Shown here: positions 26,736 through 41,322 of the stretch, piece after piece
Position numbering within the stretch: position 1 is the first letter of the stretch
How the letters are laid out: the number at the start of each line of letters is the position of its first letter
DNA from: Octopus bimaculoides
Taxonomy: Eukaryota
DNA: 63,975 nucleotides
Reading direction: 5' to 3'
NCBI RefSeq assembly: GCF_001194135.2
Contig: NC_068989.1
Coordinates: 76,763,189 to 76,827,163, forward strand
Made by a program: the position numbers and the translations under genes
The notes under the pieces: generated by a model
Told to the model about the DNA's origin: nothing
Seen by the model: only the letters and a program-made list of their open reading frames with translations
Database searches by the model: none

Positions 26736-26984
26736 ATGCATACATGGTGATTTTCATACATTTCCCTGCCTGTTACAGATTCGATATTTTATCTGCTATT
26801 GACCCTGAAATTGTTAATAGCATTGTAAATTTTACGTATTTAGAAACAAATACAGTACAAACTTTTGTTCAGCATTAGAGCAACAGCTCTACCAAAAATG
26901 TATTCGCGTCACAAATGAATTTTCAGCACGACACTTCTTGAACACACTGTCGAGCACAATACAAAGCAATGCTCTAAGCGGAAG

Positions 26985-27330
26985 CTGGAACTCTGTGCAT
27001 ACTGTCACATTCCATCGAGAACAAATCTCTCTTATCAATAAGTGATGCTTCCTTAGAGAATGCAGACGGGATACTTTTTATGCTAGTCACCATACAGAAC
27101 TGCAACAATCTGCAGTGTTTCTGGTTTACGCTTACCTATGTCGTGGACATCTTGCTGTTTATCAGACTGTAGATAGTTTTTCACGTCGTAGTAATCTGTC
27201 ATCGACAACTTCCACTCAGTGCGAGACTTTCTACATATTTAAGGAACATAGCTCTTTTCTTCTCAGTTTCAAAACGATGAGACGATCGAAGATATTAGCC
27301 AATGTACATAATATCGACTGCATTGCACCC
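26985..27330 (-). mobile_element. Possible decayed Sola2-like DDE transposase fragment
   Basis: Across frameshifts it reads IFDRLIVL, KLSMTDYYDVK, IGKRKPET and MECDSMH (26995-27015). The motif order recalls FDLQ.VL / RKL..YD / GKRG..E / MECDSMH. Comparison from memory. Confidence 0.35.
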
Positions 27331-29178
27331 AGATATGAAGCATTAGACAAATACGTGAATTGGATTTCCGCAGTCTATCATAGTTCAATCATTTGGCTAA
27401 ACAAAGACTGATCAACATATATACATAGAGAAGAAAAATAGTGAATCTATTTATGAATATCGCTAGCGCCGATAACGGAAAACACCGCAAGGGAAAGTTG
27501 TGTCTGGTAAATTTATATATCGATATATATATATNNNNNNNNNNNNNNNNNNNNNNNNNNNNNNNNNNNNNNNNNNNNNNNNNNNNNNNNNNNNNNNNNN
27601 NNNNNNNNNNNNNNNNNNNNNNNNNNNNNNNNNNNNNNNNNNNNNNNNNNNNNNNNNNNNNNNNNNNNNNNNNNNNNNNNNNNNNNNNNNNNNNNNNNNN
27701 NNNNNNNNNNNNNNNNNNNNNNNNNNNNNNNNNNNNNNNNNNNNNNNNNNNNNNNNNNNNNNNNNNNNNNNNNNNNNNNNNNNNNNNNNNNNNNNNNNNN
27801 NNNNNNNNNNNNNNNNNNNNNNNNNNNNNNNNNNNNNNNNNNNNNNNNNNNNNNNNNNNNNNNNNNNNNNNNNNNNNNNNNNNNNNNNNNNNNNNNNNNN
27901 NNNNNNNNNNNNNNNNNNNNNNNNNNNNNNNNNNNNNNNNNNNNNNNNNNNNNNNNNNNNNNNNNNNNNNNNNNNNNNNNNNNNNNNNNNNNNNNNNNNN
28001 NNNNNNNNNNNNNNNNNNNNNNNNNNNNNNNNNNNNNNNNNNNNNNNNNNNNNNNNNNNNNNNNNNNNNNNNNNNNNNNNNNNNNNNNNNNNNNNNNNNN
28101 NNNNNNNNNNNNNNNNNNNNNNNNNNNNNNNNNNNNNNNNNNNNNNNNNNNNNNNNNNNNNNNNNNNNNNNNNNNNNNNNNNNNNNNNNNNNNNNNNNNN
28201 NNNNNNNNNNNNNNNNNNNNNNNNNNNNNNNNNNNNNNNNNNNNNNNNNNNNNNNNNNNNNNNNNNNNNNNNNNNNNNNATATATATATATATATATATA
28301 TATATACACTCACCTGTATACTCGCACATACATATATGGTTAGACATAATTTATCATAACACATGTAAATATTTACATGTATATTTATGTCCCATCTCAC
28401 TCCAACATTTTCAAATCTGTTAATGACCATCAGCATTTACATCTTTGAAACATAAATATTTAATTTTTATCGGTAACAAATAGAATGATTCAAAATGTCT
28501 AGCTAAAGCTAATAAAATTTACACCATATTCAATGCTTTTCCACGTGTGTGTGGATGTGTATATATGTAGATATAAATGCATGAGAGTGCTAGTTTGATC
28601 GCGTATCCACATATATGTATTTACACGGTTCTGTGTTAATGCTACGCACGTGAACTCGACAGAATACAGCATAACTCGTCTTAGTCAAGAAGTAAATGTT
28701 GATCAAGACGAGATACTGTATTTGTTGAGTTGTACTTGACTGTTTTCAAATTATTATTAACGATTGTAAATAACACATGGCTAGAACCAAATTCCCAACG
28801 TGAATGTATAATTATGAGACTCAGTATGTGATATAAGCTATTGAAAAGTAGATACGTGTTCCATGCTATCACTCGTGCAGGCAATCCAAAAGAATAAGTA
28901 AACAGATGACCGTCGTGGACGTCGGTAACGTGGTATTGAAAAACAAAAATTATCCACGAAGGGAAAATATACAGAAATCATCGGTTTCATATTAAATATG
29001 TTAAAAATATTCAGTCGAATGTGAAATCTCTAAAATTTCCAACATGGAATTGAATATCTGGCTCTAAATTATATGTGGTTATAAAATGCATATAAAGTCT
29101 ATGGCCACTGAATATATAGCAGTCACAAATATGGCATTAGATACACGAACCACCGTGACTGAAAAATAGAGCGATATG

Positions 29179-29330
29179 AGGGGAGTTATTTCAATCAGGA
29201 TCTATACTGTAAATCATGCAGGGGTTGTTGTATCAATCGGGCTCTGTAGTGTATATCATGGAAGGGGTGTTGTATTAATCGGGCTCTGTAGGATATATCA
29301 ATCGGGATCTATAGTGTATATCATGCAAGA
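29179..29330. repeat. Minisatellite, ~40-bp unit, about 3.5 diverged copies
   Basis: Unit approximately GGGGTTGTTGTATCAATCGGGCTCTGTAGTGTATATCATGCA. Confidence 0.8.
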
Positions 29331-29460
29331 GAAAACTCTTTCAACGCACAGAAAAAAAAATTCTGGGGTTATAATCTGTGGTTTTACCTACCATTCACAT
29401 AAACTTAACAGTGTTATGTAAATATATGTATGCATATATAGTTTATATACATATATATAG

Positions 29461-29500
<40 letters not shown>

Positions 29501-31719
29501 CTATATACATACATACTCATATATGCATAGATATATATGTATAATCATATACATATATGTATATAAACATACACGTGTATGTGTTATGAGATGGTGTTTG
29601 TGTGCTTACTGCGAAGGTGTTGGTGTAATTCAATATCATATAAGTAAATAATAGAATTGATGTATATCGATTGTGTAAAATATTGATGGTAGAATTACTT
29701 ATTTCGACAAATACTCAGACAATATCTGGAAGTTTTTTCTTGAATGTGGTTGCATATAATTCGTTTATCTGAAAAATATATATATATATATATATTCATT
29801 CAACACATACATCACTATTGTACATAGGCTGCAGCTAGGTGCCGGCTAATATTGATAAATACGACTGCTTATATTATCTGCATTTGAATTACTCACATTT
29901 TTATCGTATCTACCTACAATAGATGCACTCTGGTTTCGGAGCGTTCGATGCAAAGCAATAATAACAAAACTAATTTTATGTCAACTCTATATCTTGACCT
30001 GACTGAGATGCATTTTTTTTTTTGTAAGTGTTCGATATTGTATCTGTTGTTATTTTACTATCTATTCTGTCTATATATAATTGATGAAGCAACTGAAAGT
30101 AAATCAGACTTGCCAATATTGTACTTAACAGCCACCTGAGTAATAGCTTTTTGCAAAATTAGACATAGTATTATTATCTATATTTGAGCTTGTATTAACT
30201 GTGTCTAGACAACATACATTGATTCGTTTTAGGTGGTATCTATTAACTGCATCTTCAATATGCACTCGATCGCTGGCAAAGGTTAGGAAATGGCAAAGTT
30301 ATCAAAAGTAAGTTGGATGAAAAATGGCTTGATATACAAATGAGTAATTAAGTTAATCGATTCAAATACCACTTGTGAATAATCTTTACTAGGCTGAAGC
30401 TCAAAGCTCCATTTGTATTCAATTAGATGTTTGAATTCAAATAAATATACTTATCATAAGAATAACTACCAACTCACATTCAGATTCCTACGCACCGTTC
30501 CTGTACACACTTTAGATATACATAAATGGTTTACACAAATACGCTTATAAATGTGCGACTCCGGACTTACGCCCACCTCCACTAACACACACACATATAT
30601 ATATATATGTATATGTGTGTGTGTGTATTTGTATATATGCATATATATCGCTCTTTCGTAATTCAAAATAAATTCATATACATATATTTATATATGTGTG
30701 TATGTGTGTGTATGTGTATATATATATATATTCATTTATAGACATTTGCATATATATTTATGTAAATATGCATATACTTATATACGTATATACATATACA
30801 CAGATACACATATACATAATAATATTTACATATATGTGGGGAGATATAGGTGTTGTATCATTTTATTTCAATGAGATTATATTCTCTTTGCATTTACTCA
30901 ATAGAATATAATCTTTTCCTAATACTTTAATGCACCTTTACATGTATTTCGAAGGTTTCAGCAATTTTCATTTCACATATTTTGGCACACAACATTCCAG
31001 TTATGAATCTCATATGTGTTTTGTCATAATTATTGCAAAAACTTTCAAAATTCCCTGATCCTGTTGATAGCTGGCAGTAACTTCGTTATTAGCGACAGAT
31101 GCTGTATTAGTTAAAAATAGCATTCTACGTATCCCACCTAACGTGGAAACAATCTAAGAGTACCACTACACATTTCGCTGCACTGCTCAGAAATGGAGCG
31201 AGCTATCATTTCCACCATCGCTGTTGAACGTTTTTCTTCTGCGACTGATATATCTTCTGTGCATTTTAGCACTAAAAGTCCATACTGGATGCTTTCTCAA
31301 GACGAATTCCGCAATGTTGCTTGTTTCTTAAAGAATATCAACGTTAAACACACTATATACAACGTTATACACACAAACAAAGACGCAGGCGCAGACACCT
31401 ATATGTGTATATAAATTTCACATATACCACTACTATCTTGCATATACATCAAATATGCATTATCCCCTTACATTAATTTATGTTTTTCCTTACGCGCCTA
31501 TTTTAATATCAATATAGAAGGCAAAGCTTAGATAATTTATAATATGACTTTTGAAACACAGTTTATGTGAAGTGTCACTCGTCATAATTAACTTTATGCT
31601 GCTGAAAATTTTGAAATGTTCATGAAACATCATGATGCCTTTTTCCCACTACTTTCATATGTGAAGCATTGTGATAATAGTGAATCAACATAAATGTGTA
31701 TCTATGTTTTGCAGGTACA

Positions 31720-31897
31720 TAAGAGGGGTGTTGAAAAGGCACCGGCTTTAAGGGTATCACCGAAGGCCTGGCTGGAGCCTCAAATTTCCGAATTGTTTTA
31801 CAGGGCTTAGAAAAACTGAAGGACCGCTGAAATATGTAACTGAACTTCTTGTATTTTCTGTTACCTAAAGCCAAGAAATTTTTAGCTCCCGCTCTTA
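31720..31897 (+). mobile_element. Mariner-derived MITE
   Basis: Diverged TIRs TAAGAGGGGTGTTGAAAAGG.ACCGGCTTTA and TAAAGCCAAGAAATTTTTAGCTCCCGCTCTTA. The internal stretch encodes GLEKLKDR, the mariner C-terminus. Confidence 0.75.
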
Positions 31898-31994
31898 TGT
31901 CTCTGTGTATATGTACCTACGNNNNNNNNNNNNNNNNNNNNNNNNNNNNNNNNNNNNNNNNNNCCCCCGCCACAATATGCTTAAGCCTACTAGG

Positions 31995-32150
31995 CTGCGA
32001 TTTGGCATAATCATTGGAGCGTCGGACGAAATTTTTAGCAGCATTTCTCCTGGTTCTTTGCGTTCTGAATTCAAATTATGCCATGGTCGAATTCGCCTTC
32101 CATTATTTCGTGAACGATAGAATAGATTACCACTGGAGCAATGGAGCTAA
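31995..32150 (+). mobile_element. Degenerate tRNA-SINE (family of 20400)
   Basis: GCGTCGGACGAAATT.TTAGCAGCATTTC...GTTCTGAATTCAAATT..GCC..GGTCGAATTCGCCTTCCAT. Confidence 0.65.
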
Positions 32151-35100
32151 TGTAATAGTAGCGTCTTCAACAGCTTTTGTCAAAGCTGTAAACATCAGGA
32201 CAAGCCTGATGATAAACTATGTACAGAAATAAAAGATCTCATTGAAAACAGATAATTATAAATGGTTAGTACTGTCAAGATGCGTGGGAGGAGAATAAAG
32301 TATAGCGTCTAGACCACTCGCGTAGCTTTAACGGAAGATAACAATAATTGAAAAGAAGTTTTCTTGATGCTTTGAACATAGAAAAAAAGCTATATTGAGT
32401 GTTGTGTATACTATGGGCTTTTATTCTCCTGTGCACAACGCCCTTCCACGGATTCAATTTAGTGTTGTTAAATTTTCTTAACTACATTGCTTCACTATCG
32501 ATATATATTTCAATAGAAATACAATTTTCTTCTTCTGAAATACATGAACGACAACTGAAGTTACTAAGTATTCACCCATATATATTTTTGCTTCCTCAAA
32601 GTTGTATTAAGCAGTCATTTAAGTGATTGTATGAAAATGGTTTCTCCGTTTTGTATGTAGTATGATAGTTCGTTTTGTTATGTTCAAGTCGAAAAAGAGA
32701 ATAAGAACGCCAAGCCTATGATTCACATTTATAATTGCAAAAATTCAGAATATTTCACTAAGTTAATTATTTCGCTTCCGATACGTACGTAATTAGGGAC
32801 CGATTTGATTTCTTAAACACTTTAAGGTGGTGATCCAACCTGTCTGCACATTCAGCGCGCAATCACACATACACCACCGCATAGATACTCACACACACGC
32901 ACACACACACACACACACACACGCACACACACACACACATACANNNNNNNNNNNNNNNNNNNNNNNNNNNNNNNNNNNNNNNNNNNNNNNNNNNNNNNNN
33001 NNNNNNNNNNNNNNNNNNNNNNNNNNNNNNNNNNNNNNNNNNNNNNNNNNNNNNNNNNNNNNNNNNNNNNNNNNNNNNNNNNNNNNNNNNNNNNNNNNNN
33101 NNNNNNNNNNNNNNNNNNNNNNNNNNNNNNNNNNNNNNNNNNNNNNNNNNNNNNNNNNNNNNNNNNNNNNNNNNNNNNNNNNNNNNNNNNNNNNNNNNNN
33201 NNNNNNNNNNNNNNNNNNNNNNNNNNNNNNNNNNNNNNNNNNNNNNNNNNNNNNNNNNNNNNNNNNNNNNNNNNNNNNNNNNNNNNNNNNNNNNNNNNNN
33301 NNNNNNNNNNNNNNNNNNNNNNNNNNNNNNNNNNNNNNNNNNNNNNNNNNNNNNNNNNNNNNNNNNNNNNNNNNNNNNNNNNNNNNNNNNNNNNNNNNNN
33401 NNNNNNNNNNNNNNNNNNNNNNNNNNNNNNNNNNNNNNNNNNNNNNNNNNNNNNNNNNNNNNNNNNNNNNNNNNNNNNNNNNNNNNNNNNNNNNNNNNNN
33501 NNNNNNNNNNNNNNNNNNNNNNNNNNNNNNNNNNNNNNNNNNNNNNNNNNNNNNNNNNNNNNNNNNNNNNNNNNNNNNNNNNNNNNNNNNNNNNNNNNNN
33601 NNNNNNNNNNNNNNNNNNNNNNNNNNNNNNNNNNNNNNNNNNNNNNNNNNNNNNNNNNNNNNNNNNNNNNNNNNNNNNNNNNNNNNNNNNNNNNNNNNNN
33701 NNNNNNNNNNNNNNNNNNNNNNNNNNNNNNNNNNNNNNNNNNNNNNNNNNNNNNNNNNNNNNNNNNNNNNNNNATATATATATATATATGTATATATATA
33801 CACTCATACATACTTGCATACATACATATACATATAAAATTCAAATAATAAAATAAAGAAATATCATAACATAACTTTAAATATGGTCTGACATTGTGTT
33901 AAGATATTTTTTTCTTTTCGGAATATATTATATTTTTCGCTAAATCTACGCAATGGTTTTACCGTTGTGAAACCAAGATTTTCTACGCCTGAAGAATTTC
34001 GGTATTAGACTGGAATCCAACATTGTTGATAGCCCAGAACTCGGGTTCAGTCCTTCATTGGAATTTCCCAACCTTTATACCGTATGCATACATACATACA
34101 TATATATATATATATTCATATGTATACACTAGTAATAAAATTCATTTCTAACATGCTTCATTAATTTCGTTATATCTTTCAACAATACCACTATGTGATC
34201 CGTCAATCTGTAGGAAATTATAGCTACATGTTCCACAAACTACCACCCTTCGCCGTCTGAAAATACAAGGAAGATACATTAAAGCTACCAAGAGTAAACT
34301 ATCGTCAAAGGTAGAAAGTATTTTATCACATATCTGCTTGTTTACGGTAGAAAATGGTCTTAAGTATAACAGCAAAAGTAACAACAACAGCACAAATCCT
34401 CACAAACTAAATATGAATGTAAGAAAAGGTAACAGTTAAAATGATAAACTTGGTTAAAATGTATACCATTTTAATTTGTCCGATCAGAGATGATCTGTTG
34501 CAAAAAATAAAACAAGAAGCAAAAAACATGGACAGGAGCTTCAGTTGAAACAATACTACTATTTTACAATTACACGTATATAATTGAGTAGAAGTGACTA
34601 TATGCTTTGAGTAGAAGTGACTATACACGTTGTAGTAAGTTTGGTCCTGTTGCGTGTCATCTGAAGCAGGTGACTTTTAAAACAACATCCTTTGATCAAA
34701 TAGATTTAAGAATGAGAGAATCTACGATATTTACGACACTTTATTTCCTATTTTACGTAATGGAACTAAATTTAATATGGGCTCGGTAAGATTTGAGCCT
34801 TTAAAGATTACACTAAATATTATAAGGAATTTAGTCCAGTACTGTTTTCTACTAACTATGTTCGTGTTTGTGAGTATTAATTGTACAACAAATAGGTTAA
34901 CAAGACGAAGATAATCATTAACATGGATAAAACTAATAAATTAAATATAAGACGTCTTCAAAAATAAATGGAATCTTGTCATGATCATAAATTTTAAAAA
35001 TTATTCTCATACCGTCAGCACATTTATACGGAGCGCAGTTTTCCGTGTCAGAATATCAATAAAACACAAGAATGATTGGATATTGTTAATTTGACTGTTC

Positions 35101-35705
35101 TTGTCGACAAAACTCTAAATGAAAATGTTCGAACTACAATTTTTAAGCTACTGTTTGGCTTTATCCGACGGGCACAAAAAGATAATTGTATATTAAATCA
35201 TACACCAATAGATACCGGAAAAAAATCCAATGAAATATAATTCGATAATATTTATTGATGTTGTAAGCCTAATGGCATTCGTGTACGTGATCTTTAATAA
35301 AAAAAAATGTGTTAGATTTAATAAAGAGAATCATTTGTGAATATTTTATTCCGAACGTTTTACCTTAGTAACGAAAGATTCATGATATTTACCTTTCAGT
35401 GGTAAATGTCATCAAAGAGCAGACAGGTTATTGACGAATAAAATCTCCCTCAGTTTTAATTTATTGACACTCTGGTGAAAGGAAAATGTGGCATAAAATC
35501 TTACGTTATCACAGACATGAACCTGACGTCTGGTGACAGGAAGAAATCAATATTCAAATTTCTCTCGGATGTTCACCTCTTTAGGAGAACAACAACAATA
35601 TAATGAAAACAAATCACCGTATTAAACGTATGCAAACGAGAAAGTTTTCTTAGTATAAACATCGTTAGCCATTGATATGATACAAAAAAGCAATAAAGAT
35701 CGACG

Positions 35706-35773
<68 letters not shown>
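35706..35773. repeat. (TATC)n microsatellite
   Basis: Direct reading. Confidence 0.95.
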
Positions 35774-35774
<1 letters not shown>

Positions 35775-35795
35775 ATTCTGTGTGTGCGTGTGTGT

Positions 35796-36085
35796 GAAGA
35801 AGCGTGGCTTAGTGGTTGGCACTTTTCAGTCAGGATCGCTAGATCGTGAATTCGATTCACGGATATGGTGTTGGTTTGTGTTCTTCAGCAAAACAGTCTT
35901 CACTTTACATTGCTCCAGCCACGTCAGGTGTAAATGGGCAACCTTGCGAAGGAATGGCCTTCCGATCGGGAGGAATGTCAGAATGCTCACCAGGTGAATG
36001 GGATGACGTCATTCGAAAACGAACGCAATGTTTAGCGCACTGTAACCTGCGATGCATAACATCCGATAGAGTGATCGATACCGTG
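35796..36085 (+). mobile_element. tRNA-derived SINE with CORE-like centre
   Basis: GCGTGGCTTAGTGGTT (A box), GAATTCGATTC (B box), then GTGTTCTTCAGCAAAAC...TTGCTCCAG...GTAAATGGG. The tail is related to 61591-61820. Confidence 0.65.
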
Positions 36086-36112
36086 GTACATATATATATA
36101 TATATATAAGGG

Positions 36113-36350
36113 TCAGATACTCTTTACTGGTCTTGTGCTTCGATCACTGTAGGACAGATAACCTACCATCGTGATGGAAAGGACATCACAAGGAGGAAGA
36201 AGGCCGAGATGAAGACTAAAGAAGACGTGGTACAGTACGATACAGGGTGAGATGATAGCGATTGGAGTCGGCCCGAGCGGAACAAAGAGGAAAGCAAGCA
36301 ATCGGGATGATTGAAGAAGGCTTGTTGCCCGTTGTGCAGACTGCACCAGG
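36113..36350 (+). mobile_element. RTE-clade LINE ORF 3' end, decayed
   Basis: ...PTIVMERTSQGGRRPR*RLKKTWYSTI...ASNRDD*RRLVA matches the RTE C-terminal pattern G.R.RGRP..RW...A.+R..WR.LV. Confidence 0.7.
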
Positions 36351-38336
36351 GTTTATAAAATTTAAGAACTAAGTGCTAATTAAATTTAAAAATTAAAACA
36401 AAAAGATGGAGGTATGGCAACTGTTTTAGTATCGTACCTGTAAAATTTCAAACCTGACCTTAACTCTAAAATTCTACCTTCTCCCAGCAGACATCTTTAA
36501 GCTGCAGTTAAAAAAAAGCAAAACAAACAAAAGAATAAATAAACAGATACACACATACGTCAACAAGCACTGTAGAATCACAAACAATGCAACAGTATCC
36601 TAAACTCTTAAATTGAAAAATAATATACATTCAACTACCGTCAATAATCTAATAAACGAAGAGTTGAAATTAAGTTTATTATAAATAAATCAATATTTTT
36701 CAAAATACAATAGCTAATGTCTTTAAAGAAAACGAACATGATTAAAAATAAACATAGCGAAATATTGGTGTGCTTCTTCGTCAAATACTCACAAATATAC
36801 ATATAGGTGTATGCGAAGAAATAAATAATCAATAATTAAAATAATATAAATAATACAAATAATACTGAATATAACTACTTATTGTAAATTAACACACACA
36901 CACAAATAGACATTCTTATGCTTATACATAGATGCATAAATGCATCTATCTGTATATTTACATATATGTTCGAGAATAAATACATATATGTATATGTATT
37001 TAAACATGCATACATACACATACATATACAGATATATGGAAGCCTATAGAAAATGTACTGAATACATAACATAAATTTAATGATAATAGTAGCTATACCT
37101 AATGTATCATACTTTTGTATAACATGTTTCACCTTACCGCTTCTGAAATCTGGATTGTAATTACGGAGAATATTGAGTACATGTATTTCTGATATAAAAT
37201 TTGACATTTTTAAATATGTTGGTTTTTAAAGCTTATAGTCATAAAAGTAGATGTTCAATTTAATGCAATATAAATGTACAGGGGATGTGTGCCACGCAAA
37301 AGAAAATGGTAGACGAGAAAGGAATAACAGAGAAAGATTAAAACGGAAAGAACAAAATATAGATAGAAAACAACGGAAAGGAAAATAGAAGAGCAGAGCA
37401 ATAAAAGTATGAGAATATATAGTATTATATGGATTGTACTGAAGTGTTATTAATGGTTTAAAACGTTGACTGTCTTTAAAACGCAATACTTTAATTGGAA
37501 AAAGTGAATACATATAAAGAGGTTCACCAACATAGGCTGAGTATCTGATAGTATGGGAACAATTAGAGAAGTAGAAGATAGAAAGCGAGAAACAAGCAGT
37601 CAAAATACGATAAAAGCAATAATTAGTCAGTAATTGCTCGGGCGTGTACCCAACTCCTACACGTATAAATATTGAAGGTTCTTGGAAGGAGTGATTCGAA
37701 ACCAAATTTCCACTCTCCGCTGCTTACCAAGTGCGGTTAGACACGGGGTAGCATATCTCTGGATATGTTAGTGTGCAGAATTCAAGCTATTTGATAGTAA
37801 TAACCACAAAAAACGTAATTGTTGTTCTACTCTTCATAAAACATATACTATTTCAGTAAACCAATTCTCATTGTTACGCAAGGCAATAGAAAATATTTCT
37901 CAATACAACTGAACATCTTCCTCGGAATTGTTAACGAAAAATACAAAGCTGAATAGTATTTTTACCTTGATATATTGTACTTAGGTAAATTACGTTCAAG
38001 ACAATATTATAAGTTTGACAGAATACAAATCAACAGAGTGCGAAGGTTTACGATGTCATCTCAACATCAGGTCTAATTCTGTTCTGTCCTGTCTGTTTGT
38101 TTTCAGACTATTAACTAATTGCTTAAAATAGTTCTTAACTCGTTAATAAATTGACAAATAAGAAATTACGAATAAAAATGTAGCCAGTGCGTGTGTTTAT
38201 TATTGGCATAGTGACTCTTCCAAAATTCAACAAAATATGTTTCAACACACGTGTTAACATCACGAACCATGCAAACCAATTACTAAACTTATATATGTAC
38301 ATACATATATACATATTCATAGATACATACATACGT

Positions 38337-38407
<71 letters not shown>

Positions 38408-38847
38408 NNNNNNNNNNNNNNNNNNNNNNNNNNNNNNNNNNNNNNNNNNNNNNNNNNNNNNNNNNNNNNNNNNNNNNNNNNNNNNNNNNNNNNNNNNNNN
38501 NNNNNNNNNNNNNNNNNNNNNNNNNNNNNNNNNNNNNNNNNNNNNNNNNNNNNNNNNNNNNNNNNNNNNNNNNNNNNNNNNNNNNNNNNNNNNNNNNNNN
38601 NNNNNNNNNNNNNNNNNNNNNNNNNNNNNNNNNNNNNNNNNNNNNNNNNNNNNNNNNNNNNNNNNNNNNNNNNNNNNNNNNNNNNNNNNNNNNNNNNNNN
38701 NNNNNNNNNNNNNNNNNNNNNNNNNNNNNNNNNNNNNNNNNNNNNNNNNAACATCCACCCTTAGGGGGTCAGCCACATTTAAATGGCAAATATACTTCAC
38801 TTTATCGTGCAGTTACTGTTAATACCTCGTTCAGAGATTTAACATTG

Positions 38848-38889
<42 letters not shown>

Positions 38890-40482
38890 TATATATATGT
38901 ATGTACACAAATCTATCAATATATGTGTGTTTGGACGGTTAGATATGCATGCAGATAGAGACCTAGATCGATAGTGTATTGTTATATTCCAATGTGTATG
39001 GACATATGATCTTGGTACTGAGCAGGGTTATGGCTATGTTCTGAAGTACATTCAGATTATTATCAAACATTAATAAACAAGACGCTTGTAAAAGCACGCA
39101 AACAGATATACTTTTTCTGTAAATGAAACAATAAAGATTACTTAAAACAGTCAAGATCCAAGATCGTTGTTGTAACTAAACTGTTGCCTTAAATATTTGC
39201 TTTATAAATATGCATTTAATGATTTGTATATATTATAAAGGAAGTAAGTATAACTACAGACCTGTTTAATAACGCCGCAAAGTACGTGGGGGGAAAAAAG
39301 AATACGTAACGCGACATTTAAATAAAAATGTCTCGTTAAGCCTGATATAAAGCAATTCTGAATAGTTTCAAAGAAAAGAAATACATCATATTGTAAACAT
39401 AAGCACAATCGATTTATTAATATACCATCTCACCATTATACAACTGAAAAGTATACATAACTTTGAACAGCAATATTCGCTCTTTATGTTACTTTTCTTA
39501 ATGGCATAAAATATGTAATGGAATATATCTTCTATTAAGCCTTTAATGTGTCTCTACGTAACATTTATAAATTTCATAAACTCATTAAATAGCTTCTATA
39601 GTCAATCAGAAGTGTGAGCATTTCATTGCGACAGAGCTCTTAAATTCTCTATACATGTATTGCTGCGGATTTATAAAGAAAGAAATAGAACATTGTGATA
39701 TACAATATGTTTTTTAACGCTTTCATTGCAAGGCATGGGAATTGTTATATTCGACTGAAGTTTACTCTTAGCTTGCAGAAATATTCTTTCCGTCATAAAG
39801 TTTTAATTAAATATTGTATTCTCAATGCTCATGTATAATTTCAGACTTCACCTACGTAGAAATAATATGTAGAAACAACTATGTACCTTCAGTGTCTAAG
39901 GCTTATACAAAACTATTCCTCTTTTTTTTTATTTAGAGAAATCCATAAGCGATTATAGCTATTGGTAGTCACACTTAGTGTACCGGAAGTATATAGAAAT
40001 ATCCAGTGAATATCTGGAGTATAGAACTCTCATAAAATGACTGAGGGCGTTGCTATTTTTCATTAGATGAAATGATTCTGTTATGAAATGACATATAATT
40101 GTATATTCCCTACATTTAACTACAAAATGCCTTAAAAGTACACGCAGCCGAATCAACATAACTGGACGATGATATTTTGTACGATAATATGTTTTGTACA
40201 TTACCAGACATTATGTATTGGATGATAATATTTTGCTAGGTCAATGTACAAATGATCTGAAAGATTATAAGATTGGATGTGCGTTAGGAAGTTAGTTTCC
40301 TAACTATTATGTTGTGATTTGGATCCACTGTTAGCGTCTTCTACAACTCGTTTCTTCAATTTATTCTGTTTGGCCATCAGATTATAATTTCAACTCTGTA
40401 AGCGGAAACGTTTTGCATGCCCATCTGTCTATGTACGTATGTATATATGTATGTATGCGTAAGTGCAGCTGTCTATCAGTCA

Positions 40483-40548
<66 letters not shown>

Positions 40549-41322
40549 NNNNNNNNNNNNNNNNNNNNNNNNNNNATATATATCTCAATAATAATGATAG
40601 TTTCTTATTAGGAACAATAGTGTTAATAGGACTGCAAAAGAAGTGTTGAAATAAATGAGACGACTATAACAAACTTTGGTTTTGTTCTACAACCAAAGTT
40701 TGTTATACTCATCTCATTTATGGTCATCCAACTAATATATCACATCTCGAACATTGAATCACAAATAAAGAAACATAATGCTTTTTATAGAATACGGATG
40801 CACAAAATCACAGCAGATGAAACAATACTTCATTTAGACAGGCATATATATATAAATGTATACCTGAATATAGAAATATATATATATGTGCGTGCGACTA
40901 TTTTCCAACATATAGGTAAATCCCTAGAGAAACAATACAGCATATTTTAATGTATTCGAATGTGAATCGTGGTAAGCGTTTTCTTATTTAAATGCAGAAA
41001 TGAGAGACAAATCGCTATAGTGACGTAACTTTGTTTAATTTGGAAATTCGGTGAAAAGCGATCCATAAAATGAATTTTAGACTGTATCAAATAAATTAAA
41101 ACCATTGAACACGGTGCTACAGCATAACGGTCGCTCCATAACGAAAAACTGCCGAAAATCCATTCAGAAGAGAGTTGAACCCAAAACGTAAATAGCGTAT
41201 CGATCACGGAGTTGGAGAAGAGATACAGTTCTATACTTAAGAGATGAGGAATTATGTACACTATTTACATTATTTACATTATTCCCAATTGATGAATACT
41301 TGTCTTCATCTTGTTTGTTGTT

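Noticed and set aside
26780-26870. FDILSAIDPEIVNSIVNFTY, resembling a BTB domain segment
   Set aside because: It stops shortly afterwards, and there are no flanking BTB or kelch motifs.
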